Of a stretch of DNA of 64,000 nt, positions 40,073-53,600 are shown one piece after another. The stretch lies in assembly GCA_964016885.1 (NCBI GenBank), contig OZ024750.1:47864001-47928000 (forward strand). The letters run 5' to 3'. The first letter of the stretch is position 1, and the number at the start of each line of letters is the position of its first letter. The notes beneath the pieces were generated by a model that saw nothing but the letters and a program-made list of their open reading frames with translations, was not told where the DNA came from and ran no database searches. Origin of the DNA: Eledone cirrhosa (Eukaryota). The position numbers were made by a program, and so were the translations under genes.

Positions 40073-42405
40073 GGGGGGGTATGTTTGTGTACGTGTGCGT
40101 ATGTGTGCGCGCGTGTGTATGTGTGATCCATTGTTAATTATCTATAGTATGAAATTAATTATTCCCGTTATGTCTGTTTTCTTTATGTTCACATAAAGAC
40201 AAGACTCTACTTTACAGCATTGCCTTAGGATCATGATCCATCAAATGATTCAACATTATCATTGACCCTATTATCTTTATATAAATAACGTATTTCATGT
40301 GACTCTTTAATTTACTTTCTGCTCGATATTGATTTAGTCTATCTAATATATTGATTACTGGTAATTTTATTTACTTGAGACCAATTCAGACATACTGTAG
40401 AACTTTGGCAAAGGCATTCCAATTATGAGCATCTATCAAACAGGGAAATATCTGAGGTGATGCAGCTCCCTTTGCAAACCTCGCTTTTTCCTGTTCATTC
40501 AAGCGACGTATAAACCCTATGTGTCCTTAACAATTGGTTTGGTTTCAGTAGTGTTTTGTGAGTATCAGTGCGTAACAAAGTTTAATATGATACTTCTATA
40601 ATTTTCAGCGTGTTATAATTGCAAAATACCACCAACGTCCGCTACAGGTAGTGTAGTTAATGTTAATATTGCTCTTTTAATTTTTATATATCTTCGTTAT
40701 TTAGATATTGATGTAACTTCATCACGCTTATATATTCCAAATGTCTCACAATCAATACATTTCACTCACACCGGTCGATGCCTATTTTGTAATATATGTA
40801 GTCACCGTATGCCTCATTTCGTCATTTCTATCAAACTCCTTTTGTTGGAAAAGTGTTTCTAATCGCATGAAATAATAGGAGACTGTGTAAAATCTTGTAC
40901 TGTTTGACGTACTCTATGCTAGTTGTCACCCTTTTTTTATATATTGACTTATACATGCAATCCCGAAAGATTCCTGAGCAGATACATTAATTATTTGTCA
41001 TTCCAATAATAGAATGTTGATTGTTTTCTACTTTTAGGAGTTTGAGAATTAAGTATTTGGTAACGCATTCACTTGTCATGGAGTTCAGCTATCTTCGCTA
41101 GTTTTAATGGTTAGGTTAAAATTATATTTTCTTTTCCTTCTACCTTGAGTACAGCATCTATTATTCATTGCGTGAAAGGTAACCAAACAAAATAATCTTT
41201 TAACGGAAATTAGTGGGCATATATCTGAGAAAAGAAGCACTAAGATATATACTATAATGATAATGGAGTTCAAATTAGTTCATAGTGTTATTTATGGCGG
41301 GTTATATATAGTCTGAACATTGATTAAATGTCATTTATCTTCAAAATATTGAGTGCTGAATGTTTTCAATTAAATTCAAAAAATTACATATCTAGTTACA
41401 GTTGTTTGTATTAATTACACTGACATCCAAGTAATTGCCATTCATCACGTTGTGTTCTGTCTGTAGCCATCAGAGTACTAGTAAAACCATTGTTTCTTAA
41501 ATTACACAGATCATAGTTGATAACTTTTTATTATACATCATGTGTGATGCACCTACCTACGTCGCCGATTCATCTATATCTTATCAATAAATCGGAATAT
41601 ATATATATATACATTCTTTACTTAATGTTTTGTTCTTCATCGTAAGAGACAGAGATCGACGTATATCATTGTTCACAAATGTAAACGTCTCTGAATTTTC
41701 TTTATATTTTTCCAAAAATTCTAATCATTAAAATTTCAGTATTATATTAGCTAGCTGTATCTCATATCTAGTTAAATACAATCAATTTTACTCATACTAA
41801 TTGAACAAGAAGTTTATTCACTCGAATGCACATAGCCATACAAAATATCGAAACTGGTCAGAATGCCTTGGGTTATAACGAAATCTGATAAACAGTAGCA
41901 TATATCAATAATGATTTTCCTGGTGTTATAACATGATCGTCAGATGGAAAATGTATTCTAAACCATGATAATCGTTATTCTGATATTTAATCGTATGATT
42001 ATTCGTATTTTGGAAAGCTCTATTTATTTCAAAATTCAATGGAATGGTAAAAATGAATGTTCTTCTAAATATCAACAAATGCCACATTTGTTATGCAGTG
42101 GATTAGATAAGTAGCCAGGCGTAATACAAACAGGTAATGCTGAATACCCTTAGGTTAATCCACTCTTTAAGAATGCACATTACTACGAATGGCCTACCCC
42201 TCTTCTGTCCAATCCCCATCCAGAGCTCAACTCAGAATAACTTAATCCTCTGATTTATATTAACAAGTTAAATCATCTTATTTTATGTCCACATGCCAAT
42301 TATGTTATATTATGCAATACCCCCCCCCCCCACACACCCCACCGCCAACCGAGCCATTCAAAATGCAGAAGTTCTTTACGGCGATATATTCCATCGACAA
42401 CAATA

Positions 42406-43493
42406 TCTATATATATAAAACTGAGGTTGTCTGATTGTCTGTCTGTCTGTCTACTAAAACGGTCGGCACAGATCTCCTCTTAAACCTACATTGAAATGTC
42501 GGTGAAATTGCTACACTTATAGATGAAGGTCCGGCGGAGACATCGGTGAAACATTTTTTCAAATCGACACACGTCATGTGTAAAAATCGAATTTGTAATG
42601 TATTGATTGTTCAGTTCAAATGTATAAATAGAGATGAGAAACAAGTTATTTCCCTTTTATGGCGTCATTTGCTTATCTATTAATGTTACGTATAAACGAT
42701 GCCATGGAGCGAGAAGAACAATTTCATGCAGAGACAAGACCATGTTTATGGTGTAAATGGTGTCGTTAGACTAATATTCTATTTAAAATAACCGAATGAT
42801 TTCCAGCCCCGGAGTTTAAGAATGATGTAAGTAAAGTTGTAAACGAAAATGACAGGTTATTAAAATAGTTGTTTCTACTTTTGGAACAAGGCCAGCAATA
42901 ACCCAGTAGATTACTGGTACTTTATTGTATCGGCCCCGTAAGGATGAAGGGCAAAGTTAACCTCGACGGGATTTTAATGTTGCCTTAACATAGTAAGAAG
43001 TAAATAGTGAAGATTTAGGCCAGTACATGCGCCGACGAACATACACATACATACGCACACAAATACATACAGACACACATTTCTACATTATTTTCACCAA
43101 ACTTAAGACATAGATTACTTATGTACACCGGATGGTCATGGGCACTTTCATTTTCCCAGATATTGATTATAGGGCCTCCCGGCAGATAACCCTCTTTCAC
43201 CACTTCCTTGGAGTCGACTGAAGCACTGCAGTGCAAAAAAACGTCATAACTTCTGGACTTCGCAACCGATGTTCACAAAACTTGACACATGGGCTACATT
43301 TGTTCTACAGATGAAGCTGAACTCTCAGAATTGGAACATATTGAGTAAGGGACTCCTGGCGACAGGAACCCCCTTTTGGAATATGCCGATGATTTTGTAA
43401 AAGTATAGTTTTCGAAGCAAAACTGAAGTATTGACATAAATGGTACACATAACTGCTATTTAATACCAGCGAAACGCCGGGTACCTCTGCTAG
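42406..43493 (+). mobile_element. Non-autonomous Helitron with a nested SINE (42865-42975, minus strand)
   Basis: A|TCtatatatataaaactgagg start, (GTCT)n microsatellite, 3' hairpin accagcgaaacgccgggt and CTAG|T end; AT target site. Confidence 0.85.
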
Positions 43494-44545
43494 TAATAGC
43501 TAAAATTAAATTGATCCATGCTTCTCAAACGCTTTCTAAATTGAACATTTTTCTGAGCTGGTTCAACAATCTGCAAAGTATAGCCTAATCGCTTATCTTC
43601 TCCCGACCTCTACAACACCGGGATCATTATTTAATTAAATATTTAGATGCAACTCTTCTGTTTCATGCTGTGAATACAAATATTGCTTTAATTTGAAACT
43701 CATAAATGATGTAAGAAGTGTAATGGTTTATATAAACGTAATACTGGATAATAAATGAAATCGAATTACTTGTATGTTTTAATAAAGTGAATAATGGATT
43801 ATATAAGATGATACATATTGTCGTGGAAACATACCAAATCATATTAAATGCTTAGATTGAAATATGTCCAAACCCCTTTTCAAACAAATCATATGCATAT
43901 TAGATGTGTTTAGCAGTGATTATTAGATAATAGACACATGACAATAGTTGTCAACCCTTGGAGACATGTAACCTCGATACTATATATATTCCGTGTGTGT
44001 TTCACAAGTTTGAGTTCTGGAGAGAAGAATGTGCTAGGTAATAGAGGTCCAATATGATAGGGGTGTAAGGAATAAATATATCGAAAAAATAACACTAAAG
44101 ACAATGGGTTTATACAAGATGATGATAGGCAGTTGATGCAAATAAAAAGTAATGGAGGGGATATTATGTCTTCGGATAACAGTACATCAAATGGCATATT
44201 ATTTATAGTATAGATAAAAAAAGAAGCAGCACATTGTAAGTATAATCATTACATATTCCCATTGAGTTTCTTTAAAGAAATGAATGGATTCGATTTCAGG
44301 TATTGCTGCCGATATCTTTGTATGTGAAATAAATGCATTTCTAGTGACGTGAACAACAATAACCTATCATTTCAATTGTATTATTAAACCTTTTCCTCTA
44401 AAATATTATCTTGTGTGGGAAATGTACATTTTTCGGTATAATTGGTTTTGATATTTTCACAATAGTTTCGTCTTGTTTATAAACATGACTAGACCTAGCA
44501 ATTCAGACCTAGCAATTTAAAAGGTCATTTCGTATATATATATAT

Positions 44546-44632
44546 AGTAATGATAATAAATGTCAACTAAAATCCAAAGAGGGCTCGACAAGGACAATAT
44601 AAATGTACTAAATATTTAATCTGTTATTTTAA
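44546..44632 (-). mobile_element. Short PLE family B terminal fragment
   Basis: actaaaatccaaagagggctcga plus ttaatctgttattttaat. Confidence 0.65.
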
Positions 44633-45006
44633 TATATATATATATATATATATAAACGTTTGAATATGTGTAATAAGGCCAAGACAATGCAGGTATGGAC
44701 ATAGAAAAAATAATGCAATAGTGAAAGATATTGATGTGAATTCGTCTTTCACCTTGAATTTATTTAAATGTCCTTAATTTTCGAGATAATATCTCTTCTT
44801 CGGAGCGAAGTAAAGGTCTCAAACCAGCGTCTTTAAATCTCTAGCCAAGCCATGCTGGCCGGAAATAGTATAGAGTATCTGTTCTAACTCTAATATCAAA
44901 GAATTAAAATTAGGTGGATAAAGAGTAGTCGCCCTTTAAGAGGGGTTTGTTTAGGGTTTTTTTATTTTTTTTTTATTTATTTTTTTTTTTAATATATATA
45001 TATATA

Positions 45007-45378
45007 GGGAAATAGTTAGGACACCAACGGCATGGCTCTAGCTGTAATAGCTGTCGAAACGGCTTGAAATCTTGAACACTGCCGTCGGGGCCCTGAATCG
45101 TTTCATATTAGTCACTCTACTACCCAAAGTATCCATAACTCTGGTGCGTTATGGTCCACCTGGTTCCTTACCACACTTCTTTCCATATATAATATATATA
45201 TATATATAGGAACAAATATGTGACCCCGACGACAGAGCTCAAGCGGTTTCGACGGCTAATTCTGGAATGAGCTCTGCCGTCGGGGTCATACTTGTTCCTA
45301 TTACCCGCTCTACTACCCTAAGTATTGAGTACTTTGGTGCGTTATGATATATCTGGCTCCTTACCACATTTGCTTCGT
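45007..45378. mobile_element. Two family C elements (45007-45185, 45208-45378)
   Basis: Hairpin arms plus tail, each flanked by (TA)n. Confidence 0.8.
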
Positions 45379-45399
45379 TATATATATATATATATATAT

Positions 45400-46308
45400 A
45401 ATGGTAGATCTATGACAAAACCACTTCGGATAAACTGTAAAACTAGAAACGTAGTATATAGTATAAGATGTACAGAGGGTACTTGCAGAAACATGACAAC
45501 AACATACATAGGTGAGACAGCTCGTAGTATAGGTGAAAGGATAGACCATCACTGGGGGGAACTAAAAGGACGAAAAAACGGGTCAGTACTATACGAACAT
45601 GCTAGACAACAACATGACGGTAACATAGACAACATAGAAATTAGAATAATATCTAAACATAGAAATGACCCAGCAGATAGGCAAATCAGAGAGGCCAGTG
45701 AAATAGAAATTAGAAGACCAAAGCTAAAGAGAAACAATGAATGGAATAACAACAAATCCCAAACAAACAACACTGACCTAAGAGAAGTATAAATAAGTAA
45801 ATAAAATAAGATAAATAAATAAATAACTACACAAGCACAATAACAACAAGCACATAAACACACACTAGTCACCCATCACACAGCAAGCATAACACTATAC
45901 ACACATGCAAACGCATGCGCAAAGAAGACGAAATAAAATAAACAAACGAGCAAATAAATAAATAAATATATAGACAGACTGAATAAAAATGGCCTAGACA
46001 TACAGCACAACAGGAGGAAAATATAACACCACTGACGATGTTGCAGATGTGCAACGAAAGATTTATGATAAACTATATATATGTGTTTGTGTCTATATTG
46101 TATCTGTATTATTTTTGACCGTCGGTCAGTCAATGGCAACATTGAGGACCGAGTAAGTTAGATTACCGATATAAAAGACAGAGAGAAGCGAAAACCAACC
46201 AAACAGTGAGTGAGTTCTGTTATTAATTCTGGCAATATTACACAAATATGACCCTCCCCAAGTATAACAATATTTGTTTCGACACACGATTTCATATAAA
46301 AAGCCTCG
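45400..46308 (+). mobile_element. 5'-truncated PLE (family A2) with GIY-YIG endonuclease and HHR at 46027-46068
   Basis: NCKTRNVVYSIRC..C..YIGETARSIGERIDHH..VLYEH..H..DRQIREASEI..PKLKRNNEW; acca-CTGACGA-t-gttgca-gatg-tgcaac-GAAA. Confidence 0.9.
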
Positions 46309-47479
46309 CATATATATATATATATATATTTGTGTGTGTATGTGTGTGTGTGTGTCTGTGTATCATTAGTATGTTTTTCTCCAAATTGCCACTTCATACT
46401 TGATGGGAAAGATCCATGAAGTAATGGTGCTCTAGCATGGATATATCCATGTTAGTTGTACAAACTAAAGCGATAAAAAAATGACTATTTTGTGTGTTTC
46501 ATAGAACTAAATTATAGACGGGCTTCTTTTTCGTCTAAAAGGATTTACGATTTAAGATTGTATCAGCAATCGATTGTCCACTATAAACATTCCTTTTTCT
46601 GATATGACAATCATATATATTTACTGTTTTACTCACCCAGGACGGACGTTAGGATTTGTGAAAGAATTGGCTGCTATTTTTAACAGAACAAGCGACCACG
46701 AACGCGCTTATTCTCTGTCTTATTACATCCACAATTAATCAAAAGATAAGTAAGGGATCTGTAACTTAAATGAGAAATGGTTCAATTTATAATAGTTCTG
46801 TTGGTAAATAGATGCACTGAAATTGTTCATTTTCATATGTCTCTTTTATTACGCATTCATTACAATGTTGTATTAAGGCTAAAGACATAGCATTTGACCG
46901 AGATATCAAAGCAATTTCTAATCAGATTCAAAGCATAAAATACCACTGGTATTTTAGTTATATACATGTTAGCTAAATTCATGTTTTCATCTATTTACTT
47001 GTTGTAAAATATGCTACTAGGATAACAACATGTATTACACGCGTCGTAGACAAAATGGCTATTTAAATTGAAATGGTTCCTGATCAAGGTGTTGATTAAT
47101 GTCGTTTATATTAGATAGTAAATTCATCTGATGTACAAATAGGGTTTAACCGTTTGATGAAGTGTATAACCTCGTGTTGGAAATAGTGAATAAATCGAAA
47201 GGAAACCTATATCGAACGAAGATATAAAAAGCCATTATTTTTAAGGTTACAACAAGAACACAAATTGTACCGGTAGAATATATATAGAGAATATGTATCG
47301 GCTTATGTACAGGAATGATGAGTAATGTATAGTTATTTGTATATAAAGATAAAGTGATCTATAGAGAAAGAGGGTGAATAAATGCGTTAATGTAAAGGTA
47401 GGTGACAAATTGAAACAATACAATACGATCAGATAGGAGTGAGAAAGGGTGAAAGTCTAATGCGGAAAGAAAGACAAAG

Positions 47480-47517
<38 letters not shown>

Positions 47518-47963
47518 CATAAACAGGTGGATAAAAAAGGTATATATATATGATATATATAGAGAGTGGGATACAATGTGACATACCGATGCGGATGTTG
47601 GTGATTATTGAAATTGTTGGACAATACAAAATAATGAGTAAGGAAGGATATGAAAAGCAGAAATATATATAAATACAAATCGTTGTAATGCAAAATGAAA
47701 AGCGAGCGTTAATTAATGAGAATCTCAGTGTATGGAGATTCCGTTATATATTTATTCATTTCGGTAAATACTGCTTACTAGGCAACACAATATTCTGCTT
47801 AAAGTATTTCTAGCAAGGTTCATTCTTTCGTTCCACAGGAAGTTAATTATGATCTGAAAATATGGCTCAAAGACACAAATGCACACACACTATCACACCC
47901 TCGTATATATAATACAGACACACATACACACACACACACACACACATGTATATGTATGTATAT

Positions 47964-47994
<31 letters not shown>

Positions 47995-48000
47995 CACACT

Positions 48001-48060
<60 letters not shown>

Positions 48061-48432
48061 AACAAGTATGACACCGACGGCAGAGCTCAAGCCGTTTTGG
48101 CTGGTATTTTTGACCTGTGCGGAATTCCTTCCTTGCTCACATTTCGACTAGGTTTGATGGTCTTTATTCTCTCTCGTTCACGATTTCACCGAAAATATAT
48201 TCCGGGTAATCTGGGACTTGACTCTTTCTTCCTCACTTTTCGTTGCTTTACCATCTTTGTTTGCTTACAGTCTCGCTCGTCCCCCTTATTTACGTGTCCC
48301 AACGACTTTCTTTAGCCGTTGCTCGCACCAACCGGATGTATATGGTCTTAAAGCGATGAAATACCAATGATGGTTGGAAGTTCACTGATGAAGGACTAAC
48401 TTTATTCATATATATATATATATATATATACT

Positions 48433-48797
48433 TTGTTTTTGAATTTGTTTAGTAATAATTATTATCTGAAAACGTGTGTTGAAACAGATGTTGTTATAAT
48501 TTGGGAGGGTAATGCTGCCAATACAAACCCACGTATCCCTTGATTTCACTTCTATTTATAATGAATTACCGGTTGGTTAGTTGGCTGGATAGTGTAGGAC
48601 AGAAGAGAGAACAGACAGACAATTAAAACCCGGTCACTGTGGAGGTCACAGAATGTGCGACGAATGAACTTTGACAATATATCAACAGCCATCTGGTTAT
48701 CTAACCAAATGCCCAACCGAAAATTCATAATAAATTGAAAAGGAAACTAACGGGTGTGTGAGTTGTTATCGACAGCGTGACCCTACCATAATATAAC
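48433..48797. mobile_element. Older PLE family A1 inverted-end structure
   Basis: Left part is the reverse complement of about 34370-34560; right part matches about 34260-34500. Confidence 0.7.
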
Positions 48798-49067
48798 TTT
48801 CTATATGTCAAGAAACAGTCTTTTTCTTTCTGAGTTGTCTCTTGATAAGCCGTATCAAGCTCACAGCAGATCAGCGAAACTGCAGTCGGTTCTTTGAGGA
48901 AAAAACAGTTATATTTGTGTGTATTATTTCCTCGCCTTTTGTAATTTAATAAAGAGCTTTGATTATTGAGTTATTTCATTCAGTCATCGAACAAAACATG
49001 TTAAGGCTACACTACACCCATACATTTACATATGAATATGTGTGTGTATTTCATTATTATATGTAGG

Positions 49068-49258
49068 CGATGGATTGGCAGTATCGGCAGAGGTTCGGAC
49101 GCCATGCTTTGACGCATAGAGTTACGGCCCTTGCCATTCTGAGTTCAAATCCCGCCGAGGTTAACTATGCCTTTCATCCTTACGGGGTCGATAAAATAAA
49201 GTACCAGTAATACACTGTATAATTGCTGGCTTTGTGCCAAAAGTAGAAACAATTATTA
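49068..49258 (+). mobile_element. tRNA-derived SINE, full-length (further minus-strand partials at 50524-50638 and 59422-59537)
   Basis: A-box tggcagtatcgg, B-box gagttcaaatcc, core and end. Confidence 0.9.
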
Positions 49259-49634
49259 TATGTACCAAACTCACCTATGGTCGAGTTAACACAGGAGTCT
49301 ACTAACTGCTTTTTCTAGCAAATAGGTTATTCGATCACTCTGTGATCACTGTATCACGTGTTAATTTCTCCGTCCGTCTCTGGAGATATTCTCACTTGTT
49401 ACGAAAAATACAGTCATATTGTTTACCATTGTATCACGTTGTAATGCCTCCCTCCACCCTTTGCGATGTTCTAACTTGCTAAGAACGCGTCAAGAAACAG
49501 TCTTTTTTTTCTGAGGATTCTCTTGATAAGCCGTATCAACCTCACATCGATGATGCATTTTTATAGTGCAGAAAAGTTGCACACAGATCGGCAAAACTGC
49601 AGCCGGCATTATTATTTTCTCATATTTTGCAATT

Positions 49635-49678
<44 letters not shown>

Positions 49679-49705
49679 TATATTTATATATATAATGTTT
49701 TGGTG

Positions 49706-49735
<30 letters not shown>

Positions 49736-49739
<4 letters not shown>

Positions 49740-49904
49740 CGTTTCTGAATTTGTTTAGCAATATTCTATATCTGAAAGCGTGTGTTGAAACCGATATTGT
49801 TATACTTTGGGAGGGTCATATTGCCAATAAGAAAGCAACTGGTGAAAGCAATTGGTGCGTGTGTTTCTTATTGGCAACATGACCCTCCCAAAGTATAACA
49901 ATAT
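49736..49904. mobile_element. PLE family A1 asymmetric palindrome
   Basis: attgttatactttgggagggtcat.. / ..atgaccctcccaaagtataacaat, with the tail on the left arm. Confidence 0.85.
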
Positions 49905-49910
49905 ATATAT

Positions 49911-50246
49911 ATTTATTAAAATAACAGATTAAAGTTTAAGGAAATAATCGCTGCTTTCACCCTTACCGGGGTCTTCTGAAACTAACAAAGTCAATCTGTA
50001 AACGCAGAAGTGGATATTTCAAAAAACGTTGCAACTGGAGGAAGACAGGAAGACGATACTTTGGTTCGTGGTAACGTTCCCTATGCAAATAAGTAATGGT
50101 ATAAACACAACATATACTTAGCTACCACATCAAGACGAAAAATATCCACGTATAGATCGTATTATCCGTTAGGGTATAATGTGGGGCTGTAATACAGGAA
50201 AGTGTTGTGCAATTTATGTTTACAAGCCGAAATTGCCTCCGACTTT
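49911..50246 (-). mobile_element. Intron-less (spliced) copy of PLE family B
   Basis: Reverse complement aligns to about 35020-35183 joined directly to 35945-36113; junction at 50080/50081. Confidence 0.85.
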
Positions 50247-50367
50247 ATGTATATGGTGCGTTGATTATTCAACGAATTCATTTTTAGAACAGATTAGGAG
50301 CACTCGACAGCCTCTATAGAGATTGAAGTATCAAGACCATAGCGGCAAGTCGAATAACCAATTTCTT

Positions 50368-50431
50368 GTGTTTTATCTGATGAAAGTGTTGTGAAAAACT
50401 GCTGGACCCTTGAAATATATTTATAAAATAT
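50368..50431 (+). ncRNA. Type-I hammerhead ribozyme
   Basis: gtgttttat-CTGATGA-aag...ctt-GAAA-tatat-TT-ataaaatat; 9-bp stem I. Confidence 0.65.
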
Positions 50432-52641
50432 ATACTTTGGTTATGTGAAAGTATTTCACATTTATTAATATTTTGAATATATATATATGCCATGGCTGTG
50501 AAACCTTGTATGCATTTATTTAAATAATTGTTTCTACTTTAGACACAAGGCCAGCAATTAACCAGTGTATTAGCGGCACTTTATTTTATCGACCCCGTAA
50601 GGATGAAAGGCAAAGTAAACATCGGCGGGATTTGAACTAATATCAACTCTTCGTAAAAGTAAATGTCATGTTTCTTTCCAGAGATTATGTGGAAAAATAA
50701 TTCTCATTCAATGGGAGTATCTTGGCCAGACTATGAACTTTCCATCCAACCCTCGTACGTGTGTGTGTATGTGAGTAAATATGTATTTATATGTGTATTT
50801 TGTGTATGCATACATTTAATTTACATTTAAATACCCATATGGACACATATTATATACAATTTGTTTTACGCTCACTATTATTCCTGCAATTAAAGGAGTG
50901 TTCCATTTGTGCAATATCTTAATGAAACCATGCATAAACTGTATAAAATATGTGTAACAATGGGAATCCAATATACAGTATATTTTCAATTCTGTTCTCA
51001 GTCAATGTCGATGATTATTAATATTTTCATTTTTACGTATATATTGTATCATATATTTATCTCGATGCTGCACTACGTCAAATGTTTGCATTATCGTAAC
51101 TCTCAATTTAACAATCGCAACCTCAGTATAACATACCCAAACAATGCGACGAATATTCTGTTTCAAAGCAATATAGGTTTACTCTAAATGAATACTAACA
51201 ATGTTTGTATATGCGTTATTAGAGCGGTTCAAATTAATTTTACACTAATTGACCTATAATTACTCCATAGTTTGACATGGGAGGAAAGGGAAACATTGCT
51301 GAATTCAGTAATGGTTTGAAGTTTGAAATGGGATTTATTGAAATATTAGTGACTTAGGAATCTGTTTTATCGAGTCTAAAAGCTTACTGAGTAATCTTCC
51401 ATTTTCTTTTCTTCACTGCCAAATATTTGTTTAACCTTATATATATTAGAATCGAAAATAATAAACATAATTATGTATTCCCTGCACCCACTGTAATCAA
51501 CGGCTAAGTTTTATGAGATATAATTTAAATATATCATTAAGGCAGGTTAGAACACGGCTTTACAAGCTGCTTGGAGTAATTTAAAACTTCCGTATATTTG
51601 AGCCGGACGAGAGAAAAGTGTGCTCAATACCGACCTAGAGTTTACATATTCATTTATCATAGCAAATATGTAACCATAATAAAGGAATATATCTCCCTTG
51701 TTTAAAGATTTAAATATTCCATAGGAAATAATCTGTGGAAGCCACATTTAGCAGTCAATGTAGATAGTACAACTACATAAGTATAGGTATTTTCGTTCTA
51801 GTAACTCACCTGCGGGGTATTAATATTCAGGATTTGAGACAAAGGTAGATTATCAAATTTCCATAATTAATTATCTGTTAACATATGGAAACTTGCTTTT
51901 ATCCATATACATGCGTAAGTATATATTTATCTGAGAGTGAAATATGTATGTGTGACATTATGAGGCTGTAATACCATTGACGAAATGTACATTACTATTG
52001 GACTGTAGAAAAAATTGACAAAGTGTTTCGCTGCGCGGTATGAATTATTCCATTCAATTTTAAGGTTATTACGCGTCCTCCTGATATGCATATTCCCTCT
52101 AAAATATTAAATTGGGAGGAGCACATTCCTTTTCGAATATCACATTATACATTTCCTATGTTCTATAATGAAAGCCCTCTTTCAATCTATAAAGCTTTAT
52201 TTTGGTTTGGTTCCCATGACACATCATCAGGTGTGTATGTAATTAACAGATAACAATCCCATTAAGAGAGGTTATGTAACATTTAATCATAGTTTAATTT
52301 GCATATTTCACAATATGAAGTTGCAAGAAATTGTTCGATTCAGTTTCTAATTAGGATATAATGATTCATGCAAACCTTTGAAGTTGTTGCTTAAAGCATT
52401 CATGTGTTTATTCTCAGGAGCTAGCGGCATGTCCCATGATGTATTAACATTCAAATATGCGTAGACTACAGTAACAGTATACATCATTTAGTTTACATCA
52501 CAAAGTTCTAATGTAAATCTCAATAATGATTAAATTCAATGCTAGAACAATATATAAATAGTGGTCACGTATCGTCAATAATCACAGCAATAGCGATGAA
52601 CGTATGGCTGTGTTCGAGGTCATAATTTTGATGACATAATG

Positions 52642-52683
<42 letters not shown>

Positions 52684-52930
52684 CGAAAATGCAACAGTGG
52701 AGTCTTTTTAATAATATTTTTTTAATTTCCTTTACCTGTTTCACAGTTCTTTTGATTTTCAAAAGTATAATTGAGATATAGGGTTTGTGGTTTGTCTCGC
52801 ATCGGGTTCGTGTTCGAAACTTCTTTCTATTTGATGTGGAAAGAGTGGCTCGAGATGGTGGGTGGGGATTAAAAGTAATTTGGTTGGTTCATGAATGTCA
52901 CGGGAATAAGCACCATACATTTCGACGTTG

Positions 52931-52964
<34 letters not shown>

Positions 52965-53219
52965 GATGAATTATTATTTCATAGGCATAAGAGCCAACGT
53001 GATGATTTTCGCTGTTAAATAAAGGATGATGATTAGAAAGACATTATATATGCTATATTCTACTTACAACATATAAATATTTATGTTTTTATCTAATTCT
53101 TAATTCTTAACTATGATGAATTTTCAAACAATATATATAATAATCTTGTCAACATCATCATTATCACGGTAGATATGATATTTGGTCCTTATATTATTAT
53201 TGTATTTGGTATTTTTTTA

Positions 53220-53600
53220 TACTATGAAATGTTAACCTACACTTACATCTAGACATACATCGTGAGTAATGATACGATCGCGAGTAGAAACGAAAGAAAT
53301 GGAATTCCTCAGAAGGCATTTGTCGTAATGCTCTGGGAAGAGTGGCTAGCTCAGATATGAAGGATTTGTTCCGAGTAGTATCTACGCGAACTCTCCCAAT
53401 CGAGAGATACTACTGACATCTATTTTGATCGTCATACGAATAAATCACTGGGCACGGCACCATGAGATACACCACAAGGAATATGTTTGGGTACAATCCA
53501 TGAGCTGGGAGGGTGAGTCAGAAAAACATCACTTCACGTTATCTCAGAAAAACCTCACCTCACGATTCTACCAAAAAATGAAGAATAGATTAATATCTCC
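53220..53600 (+). mobile_element. Decayed RTE-type LINE 3' coding remnant
   Basis: EMEFLRR..GRVASS..QIER-like fragments resemble the post-RT region of RTE elements. Confidence 0.35.
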
